Shown: positions 8,612 to 18,439, numbered from the stretch's first letter. The stretch is DNA of 32,000 bases from Halorhodospira halophila SL1 (GCF_000015585.1 NC_008789.1:1-32000); one strand, 5' to 3'. Notes: generated from the letters alone by a model not told the origin. Translations and numbers: made by a program.

Positions 8612-8711
8612 AGCCCGCGACCCCAAGAGAAGGAAGGCCGGCCGTGGTCCCTGACTCAGTGGTCGGATGCGCCCTGTCCGGCGCCCTACCCACCCCGAGA
8701 GCTTTTACGCC

Positions 8712-9485
8712 TCAGACTTGCCGTGTCTCCCGCCATCGCTGGGCGTGCTCCTCGTCAGCGATATTCCACTCGTGCTCGATGAACTGTTTATCTCCGGTCT
8801 CCAGCAACGCCCACAGGATGAAGTCGGCAGCGTCCTCGGGGCTGTGAAGCTGACCGTTCTGCTTAAGCTTGATGAAGCGATCCACGGCCGGGAAGCGCTC
8901 CGGGGTCTGGGTCCGGATGTGATCCTGCATGGGGGTATCCACCACGCCCGGGCGAACCGAGCCGACCAGGATCCCCTCGCGCCATAACTCTTCGCGGTAG
9001 ATCTGGTAGACCATGAACAGCGCAGCCTTGCTGGTGCAGTACGCACCCCAGCCCATGGACGGCTTGTGCGCCGCTCCCGACGAGATATGCAGGATTCGGC
9101 TTCCCGGCTCCATGAGTGGCAGCAGCCCCTGGCTGAGGAAGACCGGCGCTTCCACGTTAACCGCCATGGCTTTCCGCCAGGCGTCGAGGTCCACGTCCTT
9201 GAGCGGTCCCACCGGATCGAGAAGACCGGCATTGTGGATGACCGCGCGCACCGTGTAGCCCTGCGCGGCCTCGATGATGTGTCCGCGCTCGTCAGCATGG
9301 GCGATATCCGCGCTGAGTGTGCGAATCCGGTCTGAATCGGCGGTGGCGGTTTCGGCGAGCGCCTCAGGGCGTCGCCCGACCGTGAGCACCTGGGCTCCGT
9401 CCCGGGCAAGCCCGCGCACCAGTGCCCTGCCCAGGCCGCTACCACCACCGGTCACGACCACCAGTTCGTTCTCATGCCACCTCAT
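8712..9485 (-). CDS. short-chain dehydrogenase/reductase (SDR) family oxidoreductase
   Basis: It has the cofactor motif VVVTGGGSGLGRA and the catalytic YCTSKAAL (YxxxK). I prefer the ATG at 9485 because AAGGAG lies 5 nt upstream; the track GTG at 9500 sits inside that RBS context. Confidence 0.85.
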   Translation of the reverse strand: MRWHENELVVVTGGGSGLGRALVRGLARDGAQVLTVGRRPEALAETATADSDRIRTLSADIAHADERGHIIEAAQGYTVRAVIHNAGLLDPVGPLKDVDLDAWRKAMAVNVEAPVFLSQGLLPLMEPGSRILHISSGAAHKPSMGWGAYCTSKAALFMVYQIYREELWREGILVGSVRPGVVDTPMQDHIRTQTPERFPAVDRFIKLKQNGQLHSPEDAADFILWALLETGDKQFIEHEWNIADEEHAQRWRETRQV

Positions 9486-9577
9486 GTTGCGCTCCTTCAC
9501 TCAACGATCGGCCTGCTCACCGCGATGGCACGCCTGACTTCAATTCGATTCAGTGAACAGTGTAACGAGTCAGACAA

Positions 9578-10555
9578 TCACAGGTCGCTGTCCGGACCAA
9601 TGATCCGATTCGGCGGCACTCCCCCCGTTGCAAACGCCACCAGATTATCGCGCAGCTGCTCGACAATGCGGCGTCGCGCCTCCAGCGCCGACCAAGCGCT
9701 GTGCGGTGTGACGGTAACGTTCGGTAGATCCGCGGCCAGTAGCGGGTGGTCCGGCGGGGGGGGTTCCTGTGTCAGGACGTCGAGCGCGGCCGCCCCGATC
9801 TCTTCGTTCCGCAGTGCCGTGGCGAGCGCCGACTCATCCACCAATCCCCCCCGGGCGGTGTTGACCAGCAGTGCATCGCTGCGCATTCGCCGCAGCGCCC
9901 CGGCGTCGATCATCCCGGCTGTCTCCTCCGTCAGCGGGCAATGCAGGCTCAGCACGTCCACTTCCGGCAGCAACTCGTCAAACGGGACCCGGCCCACCCG
10001 GCAGCGATGGGCCGAGGGCCGCTCGGCCAGCCATACCTCCATGCCGAGGGCTTGCGCAAACGCCGCAACCCGCTGCCCCAGAGTGCCGTAACCGACAACC
10101 CCCAGGCGCCGACCGGCAATCTCGCGCTGGGCGGGATCGATCAGGCTAAAGTGCGGCGCCCGGCTCCACTCCCCGTCCCGAACCCGGGCGGTGAACGCCG
10201 GGATGCGTGTGAAATGGTTCAGGACCAGAGTGAGCGTATGCTGAGCGACGGCCGTGGTGCCGTAATCCTGGCAGTTGGTGACCGTGATGCCCCGCCGCCG
10301 GGCGGCTTCCAGGTCCACGTTGTTGGTGCCCGTAGCCGCAACGGCGATCAGCCGCAGCTTCGGCAAGCAGCTGAGGATCCCGGCGTCGAGGACGACCTTG
10401 TTGACGATGGCCGCCTCTGCCGGCTCGAGTCTAGGGAGCAACGCCTCGGGACGGGTTCGGGGGTAGCACTCAAGGGGGTCAGCCGCCTGTTGCAGCGGCG
10501 TCAGATCCAGGTCACCGGGGTCCAGGGACCCCGCGTCGAGGAAGACGGTATGCAT
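9578..10555 (-). CDS. D-isomer-specific 2-hydroxyacid dehydrogenase (glycerate dehydrogenase / hydroxypyruvate reductase-like)
   Basis: The translation shows LRLIAVAATGTNNVDLEAARRRGITV, the NAD motif GVVGYGTLGQRVA and TPHSAW near the C-terminus. Confidence 0.85.
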   Translation of the reverse strand: MHTVFLDAGSLDPGDLDLTPLQQAADPLECYPRTRPEALLPRLEPAEAAIVNKVVLDAGILSCLPKLRLIAVAATGTNNVDLEAARRRGITVTNCQDYGTTAVAQHTLTLVLNHFTRIPAFTARVRDGEWSRAPHFSLIDPAQREIAGRRLGVVGYGTLGQRVAAFAQALGMEVWLAERPSAHRCRVGRVPFDELLPEVDVLSLHCPLTEETAGMIDAGALRRMRSDALLVNTARGGLVDESALATALRNEEIGAAALDVLTQEPPPPDHPLLAADLPNVTVTPHSAWSALEARRRIVEQLRDNLVAFATGGVPPNRIIGPDSDL

Positions 10556-10657
10556 AGCGTGGAATCGGTCCCGGTCAGAACACCACCTGACGAGCGGTTG
10601 CGCGCCAGCCTGTTCGCTATTCTATGACCTTTCAGCCCGTGAAACAGGAGGCAACTG

Positions 10658-11284
10658 ATGATGCCGCAAGGCAGTGGCACCGGCCCGTCCCCTTCCTCGG
10701 ACGCCCTGAATCAGGCGGCACGGCTGCCTGCCCCCCTACCGGTCATTGCGGTCACTGGCTACTCGGGGGCCGGCAAAACAACCCTGCTGACCGGTCTGGT
10801 TACCCAGATGCGCAGCGCCGGCTGGTCCCCTGCGGTGGTCAAACATGCTCACCACGGATTTGATATGGACCGCCCCGGTAAGGACAGCTACCGGGTGCGG
10901 GAAGCCGGTGCCGAGCAGGTTCTGGTGGTTTCCGCTCAGCGCTGGGCCCTGCTGACGGAGACTCCGACTGAGGAGCATGATGACGACCTGCTGGTGACCA
11001 GGCTGCGCGCCATCGACCCGACTCGAGCCGACGTCATACTCGCCGAAGGCTTCCGCCACAGTGGCGCGGGGCAATTGCTGGTCCATAGCCAACGCACCGG
11101 AGTCGAGCGTCCCGACTTCCAGGCGCCGGGCGTACTTGGCGTGGCCACCGACGACCCCGAAGCTGTGCCGCCTGGCCTCCCCTGCCTCGATCTCGATGAT
11201 CACGCTGGCCTGGCCGCCTTCGTTGAGCGTTGCATCCACGGCATTATAAGCCGTGCTCGCGGGAACCAGGCGGGCGAGTATTAA
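10658..11284 (+). CDS. mobB: molybdopterin-guanine dinucleotide biosynthesis adapter protein MobB
   Basis: Motifs are VIAVTGYSGAGKTTLL (P-loop) and VVKHAHHGFDMDRPGKDSYR. An AGGAGG RBS lies at 10646-10651. The protein carries an N-terminal extension of about 28 aa relative to typical MobB. Confidence 0.85.
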   Translation: MMPQGSGTGPSPSSDALNQAARLPAPLPVIAVTGYSGAGKTTLLTGLVTQMRSAGWSPAVVKHAHHGFDMDRPGKDSYRVREAGAEQVLVVSAQRWALLTETPTEEHDDDLLVTRLRAIDPTRADVILAEGFRHSGAGQLLVHSQRTGVERPDFQAPGVLGVATDDPEAVPPGLPCLDLDDHAGLAAFVERCIHGIISRARGNQAGEY

Positions 11285-11434
11285 CAAGAAAAATCAGGAG
11301 GTTAAAAGACCTTTCGCCCTTCCCTGCGGGCGGCCCCGGGGTTACATTGATCGACGCGGCACCCCGTTGTGGGTGAGCCGATAACAATCACAACACCCCG
11401 GGGACGGTGACAACCTCAAGCAGGGAGGGGACCC

Positions 11435-13339
11435 ATGAGCTACCAGGAGACTTATTGGGAGTCGATCAACGATCCGGAGGCGTTCTGGCTACGTGAGGCG
11501 CAGCTGCTGCAGTGGATCGCTGAGCCTCCTGCCGCCCTGAGCCTGGATGAGCAGGGTCGGCAGCGGTGGTTCCGTGGGGGGCGCCTGAACGTCTCCCAGC
11601 TGGCCCTGGATGCCCATGTCGAGGCCGGTCGGGGCGAACAGCCTGCCCTCCTCTACGACTCCCCGGTGAGTGGTTCCCGCGAGCAATACACCTACCGGCA
11701 GCTGCTGGACGAGGTGTCCCGAGCCGCGGGGATGCTGCGCGATCTCGGTGTCGGGCATGGCGACCGGGTCGTTATCTATATGCCCATGATCCCCGAGGCG
11801 GTCATCGCCATGCTCGCCTGCGCGCGGCTGGGTGCCATCCACTCGGTGGTCTTCGGTGGTTTCGCCGCCAACGAACTGGCGGTACGGATCGATGACGCCA
11901 ACCCCCGGGTTGTCCTGACGGCGAGCTGTGGGATCGAAGTCGATCGGGTCATCCCCTATCAACCACTGGTCGATGAGGCCCTACGCCGCGCGGAACACAA
12001 GCCAGCGCGGGTCGTTTACGTCAGCCGGCCTCAGGCCCAGGTGGCGTGGGACGAAAATCGGGATCTGGACTGGCACACGCAGCTGGCGCAGTCGGCCCCG
12101 GCAGAGCCGGTGGCCGTGGATGCCACGGATCCCCTCTACATCCTCTACACCTCCGGGACGACCGGAAAACCCAAGGGGGTGGTCCGGGATAGCGGCGGAT
12201 ACGCCGTGGCACTGAATTGGAGCCTCGGGGCGATCTACGACCTCCACCCCGGCGACGTTTTCTGGACCGCCTCGGATGTCGGCTGGGTCGTCGGCCACTC
12301 CTACATTGTCTACGGCCCCCTGATTCGCGGCTGCACGACCGTCGTCTACGAAGGCAAGCCGGTGCGGACCCCGGATGCCGGCGCGTTTTGGCGCGTGATC
12401 TCGGAGTATCGCGCAAAGGCGTTCTTCACCGCCCCCACCGCCTTTCGGGCAATCAAGAAGGAAGACCCCGAGGCACGCCACCTGCAGGACTACGATCTCT
12501 CCTGCCTGGAGAATGTCTTTGTCGCCGGTGAGCGGCTGGATCCCCCCACCTACGAGTGGCTTTCGCAAACCCTGCAACGGCCCGTGATCGATCACTGGTG
12601 GCAGACGGAGACGGGTTGGCCCATCGTTGCGAACCCGATGGGCATCGAGCCCCTGCCCATCAAGAGTGGCTCGGCCACCGTGCCCATGGCCGGCTACGAC
12701 ATCCGCGTGCTCGACGATTCCGGCCGCGAGCTCCCCGCCGGCGAGCAGGGCAACCTGGCCATCCGGCTCCCGCTGCCGCCCGGCTGTCTGCCAACCCTCT
12801 GGAATGATGAGGCCCGCTTCCGGAAGTCCTACCTGGAGCGTTTCCCTGGGTTCTACGACACCTCGGACGGCGGATTGATCGATGAGGATGGTTACGTCTA
12901 CGTGATGGGCCGGGTGGACGATGTGATCAACGTCGCCGGCCATCGCCTCTCCACCGGGGAGATGGAGGAGGTCATCGGTGATCACTCGGCGGTGGCGGAA
13001 TGCGCCGTGGTTGGCATCCACGACGACACCAAGGGTGAGCTGCCAGTGGCCTTCGTGGTGCTCAAAGACGGGACCGACATCGATCAGGAACGAATCGAGG
13101 AGGATCTGGTAGCCATGATCCGTAACGAGATCGGGGCCATCGCCTCCCTTCGCCGCGTCGCCGTGGTTCAGAAGTTGCCCAAGACCCGTTCCGGGAAGAT
13201 CCTGCGCAAAAGCATCCGGACACTGGCGAAGGAGGCGCGGGAACAGGTCCCCACCCCGTCGACCATCGACGACGCCTCCAGCCTTGACGAGATCGCTGAT
13301 GCGATTCAGACCTACAACCTGGGGCGCTACGCCTCCTGA
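11435..13339 (+). CDS. prpE: propionate--CoA ligase (acyl-CoA synthetase, PrpE-like)
   Basis: The match is collinear with PrpE throughout: YMPMIPEAVIAMLACARLGAIHSVVFGGFA, IDDANP, YTSGTTGKPKGV, GGYAVAL, DVGWVVGHSYIVYGPL, LPKTRSGKILR and the C-terminal TIDDASSLDEI. Confidence 0.85.
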   Translation: MSYQETYWESINDPEAFWLREAQLLQWIAEPPAALSLDEQGRQRWFRGGRLNVSQLALDAHVEAGRGEQPALLYDSPVSGSREQYTYRQLLDEVSRAAGMLRDLGVGHGDRVVIYMPMIPEAVIAMLACARLGAIHSVVFGGFAANELAVRIDDANPRVVLTASCGIEVDRVIPYQPLVDEALRRAEHKPARVVYVSRPQAQVAWDENRDLDWHTQLAQSAPAEPVAVDATDPLYILYTSGTTGKPKGVVRDSGGYAVALNWSLGAIYDLHPGDVFWTASDVGWVVGHSYIVYGPLIRGCTTVVYEGKPVRTPDAGAFWRVISEYRAKAFFTAPTAFRAIKKEDPEARHLQDYDLSCLENVFVAGERLDPPTYEWLSQTLQRPVIDHWWQTETGWPIVANPMGIEPLPIKSGSATVPMAGYDIRVLDDSGRELPAGEQGNLAIRLPLPPGCLPTLWNDEARFRKSYLERFPGFYDTSDGGLIDEDGYVYVMGRVDDVINVAGHRLSTGEMEEVIGDHSAVAECAVVGIHDDTKGELPVAFVVLKDGTDIDQERIEEDLVAMIRNEIGAIASLRRVAVVQKLPKTRSGKILRKSIRTLAKEAREQVPTPSTIDDASSLDEIADAIQTYNLGRYAS

Positions 13340-13348
13340 CCCGGCCAC

Positions 13349-13376
13349 CCGGGCGCAGCGCGAGTGCTGCGTCCGG
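13349..13376. terminator. GC-rich hairpin between convergent prpE and mtfA (possible bidirectional terminator)
   Basis: It forms an 11-bp stem (CCGGGCGCAGC / GCTGCGTCCGG, with one G-U pair) and a 6-nt loop. There is no clear U-tract. Confidence 0.35.
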
Positions 13377-13399
13377 TTACCATGCGCCCCCCCCTCCCG

Positions 13400-14158
13400 C
13401 TAGCCCAGAGACCAGCCGTAGAACCGCGCTAGCTGCCGGTAGACCTCCGGAAAGGCCCGTCGAAGCCGGTGCGGATCGGCGAAGAACGTCTCCGTGGCCA
13501 CCGCGAAGAACTCACCAGGGTCTTGCCCGGCGTAGGGGTCGAGCGGAGTTACGGCGCACGCTCCCTCGGCCGCGTAGGCCTCCATGGTGTGAAAAGCGGG
13601 CAGGAACGCCGCCGACCAGTCATCAACGGTCATCCCGCGTGGCAGGGGGGGCAGACCGTTGACTGCTCCTTGCCCCATATCGAGCTTATGGGCGCACTCA
13701 TGGATGACGACGCTGCTCCCCGGCTCCGGTGCCAGGGCATCTTCCAGGGAGAGTACCAGCGGCCCGCCCTCCCACGCCTCGCCAATCAGGGGGCCCTGCT
13801 CGACGTGAACGACCCCGTCCTCGTCCTCATACTCGTGGGTGGCCACGAAACCGGCTGGATAAAGGAGAATGGTCGTCCAGGGCGCATACCAATCCACGCC
13901 CAATTCAAGCACCGGCACCGCCGCCTGAAGCGCCACGGTATCGACCGCCAAGGCATCGAGGGTAACCCCGGCCACGCCCTCGAAGCGCTTTTCGTGGATC
14001 AGCGCAGTCGCCGCAGCAGCCAACCGTTGCCGTGTACCGGGGGGCAGTCGGCGCAAGCCTGGCAGCGCTGCCTCGGCACGGCTCCAGGCGGCGGGCGAAA
14101 GCCGGTAGCGCTGCGCTATACGCTGACGCCGCCAGTTACGCAGCCATCCCACGTGCAC
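13400..14158 (-). CDS. mtfA: MtfA-like zinc-dependent peptidase (M90 family, Mlc titration factor A homologue)
   Basis: The match is collinear with E. coli MtfA: VPVLELGVDWY, the HExxH motif IHECAHKLD and DPYAGQDPGEFFAVATETFFADP. Confidence 0.82.
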   Translation of the reverse strand: MHVGWLRNWRRQRIAQRYRLSPAAWSRAEAALPGLRRLPPGTRQRLAAAATALIHEKRFEGVAGVTLDALAVDTVALQAAVPVLELGVDWYAPWTTILLYPAGFVATHEYEDEDGVVHVEQGPLIGEAWEGGPLVLSLEDALAPEPGSSVVIHECAHKLDMGQGAVNGLPPLPRGMTVDDWSAAFLPAFHTMEAYAAEGACAVTPLDPYAGQDPGEFFAVATETFFADPHRLRRAFPEVYRQLARFYGWSLG

Positions 14159-14224
14159 GCCTCCCTTGGGGTCCGGGTCTCGCCTGAGTCATAATCCACG
14201 GCCGTTGCCACTGGAAGACCGATC

Positions 14225-15424
14225 ATGCCAGAAACCACCCCCAGCGGTCCGCGCAAGCACATCACCGTCAACGGCACCGAGTTCGTGCTCCTGGGTACGG
14301 CGCACATCTCCCAGGCCAGTACCGAAGAGGTCCAGCGTGAGGTGGCCAGTGGCGCCTACGATGCGGTCGCCATCGAACTGTGCGAGAGCCGTCTGCGCGC
14401 CTTCCGCGAGCCCGATCATCTGGAGCGGATGGACCTGTTCCAGACCCTGCGTGACGGACGCGGGGGACTGGTCATGGCCAGTCTCGCGCTGGGCGCCTAT
14501 CAGCAGCGCCTAGCGGAGCAACTCGGGGTCGATCCCGGGGCGGAGATGAAGGCGGCCGCGGCCGGGGCGGAGCAGTATGGGGCCGATCTGGTGCTGGTTG
14601 ACCGTGAGGTCGGGGTCACCATGCGCCGCCTCTACCGCAATGTGCCCTGGTGGCAACGCTTCGGGCTCATCGGCGGACTGATCGGCAGCCTCGCCTCTTC
14701 CCAGCGGATCAGCAGCGAGGAAGTGGAGCGGCTTAAGCAAGGCGACCTGTTGGAGTCGACCTTTCGCGAGCTGGCCCAGAGCAGTCGAGCCCTGTACCAG
14801 CCGCTGATCGATGAGCGCGATCGGTACATGGCTGCCAGGCTCCTGGAGTCCGCCGCCGGGCGCTACAAGCGTGTCCTCGTCGTCCTCGGGGCCGGGCACC
14901 TGGAGGGGGTGACGCGCTATCTGGGGCAGGCCTCGGCGGATCCCGGCGCCGAGCGCGAGGCGCTGGACCGTATGCCGCCCCCGGCACGCTGGCCACGTTA
15001 CCTGGCCTATCTGGTCGCCATCGTGATCATCTCCGGCTTCGTCATCGGGTTCAGCCGCAGTCCGGAACTGGGCTGGACCCTGGTCGCCACTTGGGTGCTG
15101 ATCAACGGTGGCTTCTCGGCCCTGGGCGCCGCCCTCGCCTACGGCCACCCGGTCACCGTTGCCGGGGCCTTCCTGGCCGCCCCCCTGACATCGCTCAACC
15201 CGACCATCGGCGCCGGGTTTGTCGCAGCAGCGATCGAGCTGACCGTCCGGAGACCGCGGGTCGGCGACTTCCGCGCCCTGCGCCAGCACGTGGCGCACTG
15301 GCGCGGCTGGTGGACCAACCGAGTGGCCCGAACCCTGCTAGTGTTCTTCTTCGCCTCGCTCGGTTCGGCCGTTGGCACCTATCTCGCCGGCGCACGCATC
15401 ATTGAGCGCCTGATTGCCGCCTAG
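14225..15424 (+). CDS. TraB/GumN family protein
   Basis: The N-terminal motif is ITVNGTEFVLLGTAHISQASTEEV...YDAVAIELCESR, followed by LVVLGAGHLEG. The C-terminal part is hydrophobic and multi-TM. Confidence 0.8.
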   Translation: MPETTPSGPRKHITVNGTEFVLLGTAHISQASTEEVQREVASGAYDAVAIELCESRLRAFREPDHLERMDLFQTLRDGRGGLVMASLALGAYQQRLAEQLGVDPGAEMKAAAAGAEQYGADLVLVDREVGVTMRRLYRNVPWWQRFGLIGGLIGSLASSQRISSEEVERLKQGDLLESTFRELAQSSRALYQPLIDERDRYMAARLLESAAGRYKRVLVVLGAGHLEGVTRYLGQASADPGAEREALDRMPPPARWPRYLAYLVAIVIISGFVIGFSRSPELGWTLVATWVLINGGFSALGAALAYGHPVTVAGAFLAAPLTSLNPTIGAGFVAAAIELTVRRPRVGDFRALRQHVAHWRGWWTNRVARTLLVFFFASLGSAVGTYLAGARIIERLIAA

Positions 15425-15438
15425 ACGGTCGGCGACGG

Positions 15439-16992
15439 TTACCGGTCTCGGGTAGCCAGGAAGCGGATGTCTGGCCAGCGCTCCTGGGTGAGTTCGAGGT
15501 TGGCGCGGGTGGGGGCCAGATAGGCGAGCGCCCCGGTCCCATCCCAGGCCAGTGCCGACTCGTTGCGGTCACGGAAACGCTGCAGCGCCTTCTCGTCTTC
15601 GGCACTGACCCAACGGGCCGTATAGACCTGGACCCCTTCAAAGGTGCACTCGACCCCGTACTCCTTCTGTAGCCGGTAGGCGGCCACGTCGAACTGAAGA
15701 GTCCCGACGGCACCGACAATCCAGTCGGAGCCGAGCAGCGGCCGGAAGAGCTGGGTGGCTCCCTCTTCACACAGTTGCTCAAGTCCCTTCTGTAACGCCT
15801 TCATCCGCATCGGATCACGAAGCACAACCCGGCGGAATAGCTCCGGGGCAAAGTCGGGGATGCCGGTGAAGTGTAACGACTCGCCCTCGGTGAAGGCATC
15901 GCCGATGATGATGGTGCCATGGTTGTGGATGCCAATGATGTCGCCAGGGGCTGCCGTCTCGGCATGGGAGCGGTCGCTGGCCATGAAGGTGGTGGCACGC
16001 GGGATCTTCATGTTCTTGCCGGTGCGCACCTGATAGAGCTTCATGCCGGGTTCAAAACGCCCTGAACAGACTCGCAGGAACGCAATGCGATCGCGGTGTT
16101 GAGGATCCATGTTGGCCTGGATCTTGAAGACGAACCCGGTGAAGTTCTCCTCGTCGGCGCGGACCTCACGGCCGGCATCCCGGCTGCGCGGCGCCGGCGC
16201 GTGCTCGACGAAGTCATCGAGCAGCTCGCGGATGCCGAAGTCATTGACGGCCGAACCGAAGTAGACTGGGGTCAGCTGACCAGCCAGATAGGCCTCTGGA
16301 TCGAACGAATCACTGGCTTCCCGGACCAGCTCGATCTGCTCGCGCCATTCGTCCACCTCCCCCGGGAAAAGCTCATCGAGCCGCGGGTTGTCCAGCCCCT
16401 GGATGATCTCGCGGTCCATAAACAGGCGCACCTGGTCGAGGTGGAGGTGGTAGACCCCGCGGAAACCGCGCCCCATGCCTAAGGGCCAGGTGACGGGGGC
16501 GCAGCGGATGCGCAGCACCGACTCGACCTCATCGAGGACCTCCACGGGGTCGCGGCCGTCCCGATCAAGCTTGTTGATGAACGTGGTGATCGGGGTATCT
16601 CGCATCCGGCAGACATCCATCAACTGCACGGTGCGCTCCTCCACGCCCTTGGCGATATCGATGACCATCAGGGCGGAGTCGACAGCCGTCAGCGTACGAT
16701 AGGTATCCTCCGAGAAGTCGCCGTGGCCGGGCGTATCGAGCAGATTCAGGATGCGTTCACGGTAGGGGAACTGCATCACCGAGGAGGTCACCGAGATCCC
16801 CCGCTCTTGTTCCATGGCCATCCAGTCTGAAGTGGCGTGGGCTTTGGATTTCCTTCCCTTGACCGACCCCGCCATCTGGATCGCACCTCCGTAATAGAGG
16901 AGCTTCTCGGTGAGGGTGGTCTTGCCGGCGTCGGGGTGCGAGATGATCGCGAAGGTCCGTCTCTTCGCTGCTTCGGTGGCCACGTCTTGCAT
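15439..16992 (-). CDS. prfC: peptide chain release factor 3
   Basis: It has [21 protein letters not shown] (G1), [16 protein letters not shown] (G3) and INKLDR (G4), and is collinear with PrfC over 517 aa. Confidence 0.93.
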   Translation of the reverse strand: MQDVATEAAKRRTFAIISHPDAGKTTLTEKLLYYGGAIQMAGSVKGRKSKAHATSDWMAMEQERGISVTSSVMQFPYRERILNLLDTPGHGDFSEDTYRTLTAVDSALMVIDIAKGVEERTVQLMDVCRMRDTPITTFINKLDRDGRDPVEVLDEVESVLRIRCAPVTWPLGMGRGFRGVYHLHLDQVRLFMDREIIQGLDNPRLDELFPGEVDEWREQIELVREASDSFDPEAYLAGQLTPVYFGSAVNDFGIRELLDDFVEHAPAPRSRDAGREVRADEENFTGFVFKIQANMDPQHRDRIAFLRVCSGRFEPGMKLYQVRTGKNMKIPRATTFMASDRSHAETAAPGDIIGIHNHGTIIIGDAFTEGESLHFTGIPDFAPELFRRVVLRDPMRMKALQKGLEQLCEEGATQLFRPLLGSDWIVGAVGTLQFDVAAYRLQKEYGVECTFEGVQVYTARWVSAEDEKALQRFRDRNESALAWDGTGALAYLAPTRANLELTQERWPDIRFLATRDR

Positions 16993-17213
16993 CGGTTCTC
17001 CTAGCCGGGGTGAATGATGACGGCGTCAAACCGTATGATTTTACCCGATGCCGCTCGGGTACGTCCTCTTCCCCAGGAGGATCTGTGCCCGCAGACGGGA
17101 ACCTGAGCGGCGCTGCCGATGTCGCATCAGGCAGCGCGTCGGGATCGGGCGGCCGGGTCGGCTGCCCTGCGTCGGCGAATGAATCCTGCGAAGTTGCAAG
17201 AGGAGTCCTCAGC

Positions 17214-17708
17214 ATGAAGAACCAACAGTGGATCAAGCTCCCGGCCACCGCTGCAGCGCTGGCGCTGGTATTCAGTGTCAGTGCCCAGGCTCAGCAGGAT
17301 CCGGGGATGGGTCAGCAGGATCCGGGGATGGGTCAGCAGGACCCCGGCATGGAGCAACAGGATCCAGGGATGGGGCAGCAGGACCCCGGCATGGAGCAAC
17401 AGGATCCTGGCATGGCCCAGCCCGAGCCTGATCAAGCCACGTTCAGCAGCGATCAGATCGAGCGTTTCGTGGACGCGTACCTGGACATCATCGATATCCA
17501 GGAGGAGTACACCTCGGAGATCGAGGGGACTGACGGCGCCGAAGATGCCCGTGAGCTGCAGGAGCAGGCCAACGACGAGATGGTCGCGGCTATCGAGGAC
17601 AATGGGTTGAGCGTTCCCGAGTACTCCGAGATCGCCAACGCCATGGACATGGATCCGGAGCTGCGGGACCAGGTCTCTTCGAAGATCCACGAGCGTGAAG
17701 AGGGCTGA
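17214..17708 (+). CDS. secreted DUF4168-family protein with a Met/Gln/Asp-rich heptad repeat
   Basis: The start is ATG at 17214 with an AGGAG RBS at 17201-17205. The signal peptide is MKNQQWIKLPATAAALALVFSVSAQA|QQ. Six QQDPGM(G/E/A) repeats follow. The C-terminal domain (FSSDQIERFVDAYLDI...GLSVPEYSEIANAMDMDPELR) resembles DUF4168. Confidence 0.75.
   Translation: MKNQQWIKLPATAAALALVFSVSAQAQQDPGMGQQDPGMGQQDPGMEQQDPGMGQQDPGMEQQDPGMAQPEPDQATFSSDQIERFVDAYLDIIDIQEEYTSEIEGTDGAEDARELQEQANDEMVAAIEDNGLSVPEYSEIANAMDMDPELRDQVSSKIHEREEG
17292..17417 (+). repeat. 6 x 21-bp in-frame tandem repeat (CAGCAGGATCCGGGGATGGGT-like)
   Basis: Copies 1 and 2 are identical, and copies 3 and 5 are identical. Copies 3+4 and 5+6 together form a 42-bp higher-order unit. 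All copies encode QQDPGMx. Confidence 0.95.
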
Positions 17709-17737
17709 CGCCCCCCCCTGTGCACGGGAGCGCTCCC

Positions 17738-17764
17738 CCCGGCCCTGCGGGCCGGGTTTTTTTT
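17738..17764 (+). terminator. rho-independent terminator
   Basis: The 8-bp GC stem CCCGGCCC / GGGCCGGG has a 3-nt loop and is followed by T8. It lies 30 nt after the stop of the DUF4168 gene. Confidence 0.8.
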
Positions 17765-17876
17765 GCCCGGGTGCGGCAGCCGGTGCGTGGCTAGTTCAAA
17801 CGGGAGTGTGTAGGATATCGGCCGCACCGGCGCATGCCGCCCTCTCTATCGATGCTGAACTCTTGAAGAAGGTCGC

Positions 17877-18401
17877 ATGGTTAAGCAACACAGTTACAAC
17901 CGAGACGAACTCCTGCTGAGCGGTCACGGTCGGCTCTTCGGGCCGGGCAACCCCCAGCTACCCAGCCCGAACATGCTCATGTTCGACCGGATCACGCGCA
18001 TCAATGAAGATGGAGGTCAGTACGGCAAGGGTGAGGTCGTCGCGGAGCTCGATGTCCATCCGGAGCTCTGGTTCTTCCGTTGTCACTTTGCGGGGGATCC
18101 GGTCATGCCCGGATGCCTGGGACTGGACGCGCTCTGGCAGATGGTCGGTTTCTACCTCGGTTGGATCGGGGGCCACGGGGCCGGTCGTGCGCTGGGCTGT
18201 GGCGAGGTCAAATTCACCGGTCAGATACTCCCGGACAATCGGCTGGTTACGTACAATGTGGCGCTCAAGAGGGTGATCAACCGCCGATTGGTCATGGGGA
18301 TCGCCGATGGCAGCGTGGCCGTCGACGGTGAGACGATTTACGAAGCTACTGATCTGAAAGTCGGGCTCTTCCAGAACACCGGCGAGCTGAACGGGGCATA
18401 G
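17877..18401 (+). CDS. fabA: 3-hydroxydecanoyl-ACP dehydratase / trans-2-decenoyl-ACP isomerase
   Basis: Motifs are [15 protein letters not shown] and the active-site region [23 protein letters not shown]. The length is 174 aa. Confidence 0.93.
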
Positions 18402-18439
18402 GATCAGGCGCGGACGCCAGGAGTGACAGGAGGACTATC

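Noticed and set aside
8598-8626. A sigma70-like promoter on the minus strand (TTGGGG-N17-TAATAT) upstream of the aminotransferase gene
   Set aside because: The -10 hexamer is simply the AT-rich dif core read on the other strand. It cannot be separated from the dif-like site, so I do not call it as an independent feature.
11981-13348. Long antisense ORFs opposite well-supported genes: 11981-13348 (prpE), 4596-5498 (mltG), 1254-2363 (mnmG), 6190-7041 (holB), 9746-10627, 14510-15298, 19593-20480 and 20481-21236 (hemN), 27633-28478 (fumC), 29887-30705
   Set aside because: Every one lies opposite a gene with clear family motifs. Their translations are Arg/Gly/Pro/Ala-rich with no recognisable domains. 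This is the expected stop-codon depletion in GC-rich antisense frames.
17010-17213. An upstream extension giving a 232-aa version of the DUF4168 protein
   Set aside because: The extension would bury the signal peptide internally. The ATG at 17214 has an AGGAG RBS and yields a canonical N-terminal signal sequence.
16993-17213. A search for Gac/Csr-type small RNAs (clustered GGA motifs in hairpin loops) in the larger intergenic regions 16993-17213, 8478-8711 and 25133-25339, prompted by the gacA/uvrY gene
   Set aside because: There are only scattered GGA triplets, with no repeated stem-loop-presented GGA pattern and no promoter/terminator pair. Nothing supports an sRNA call.
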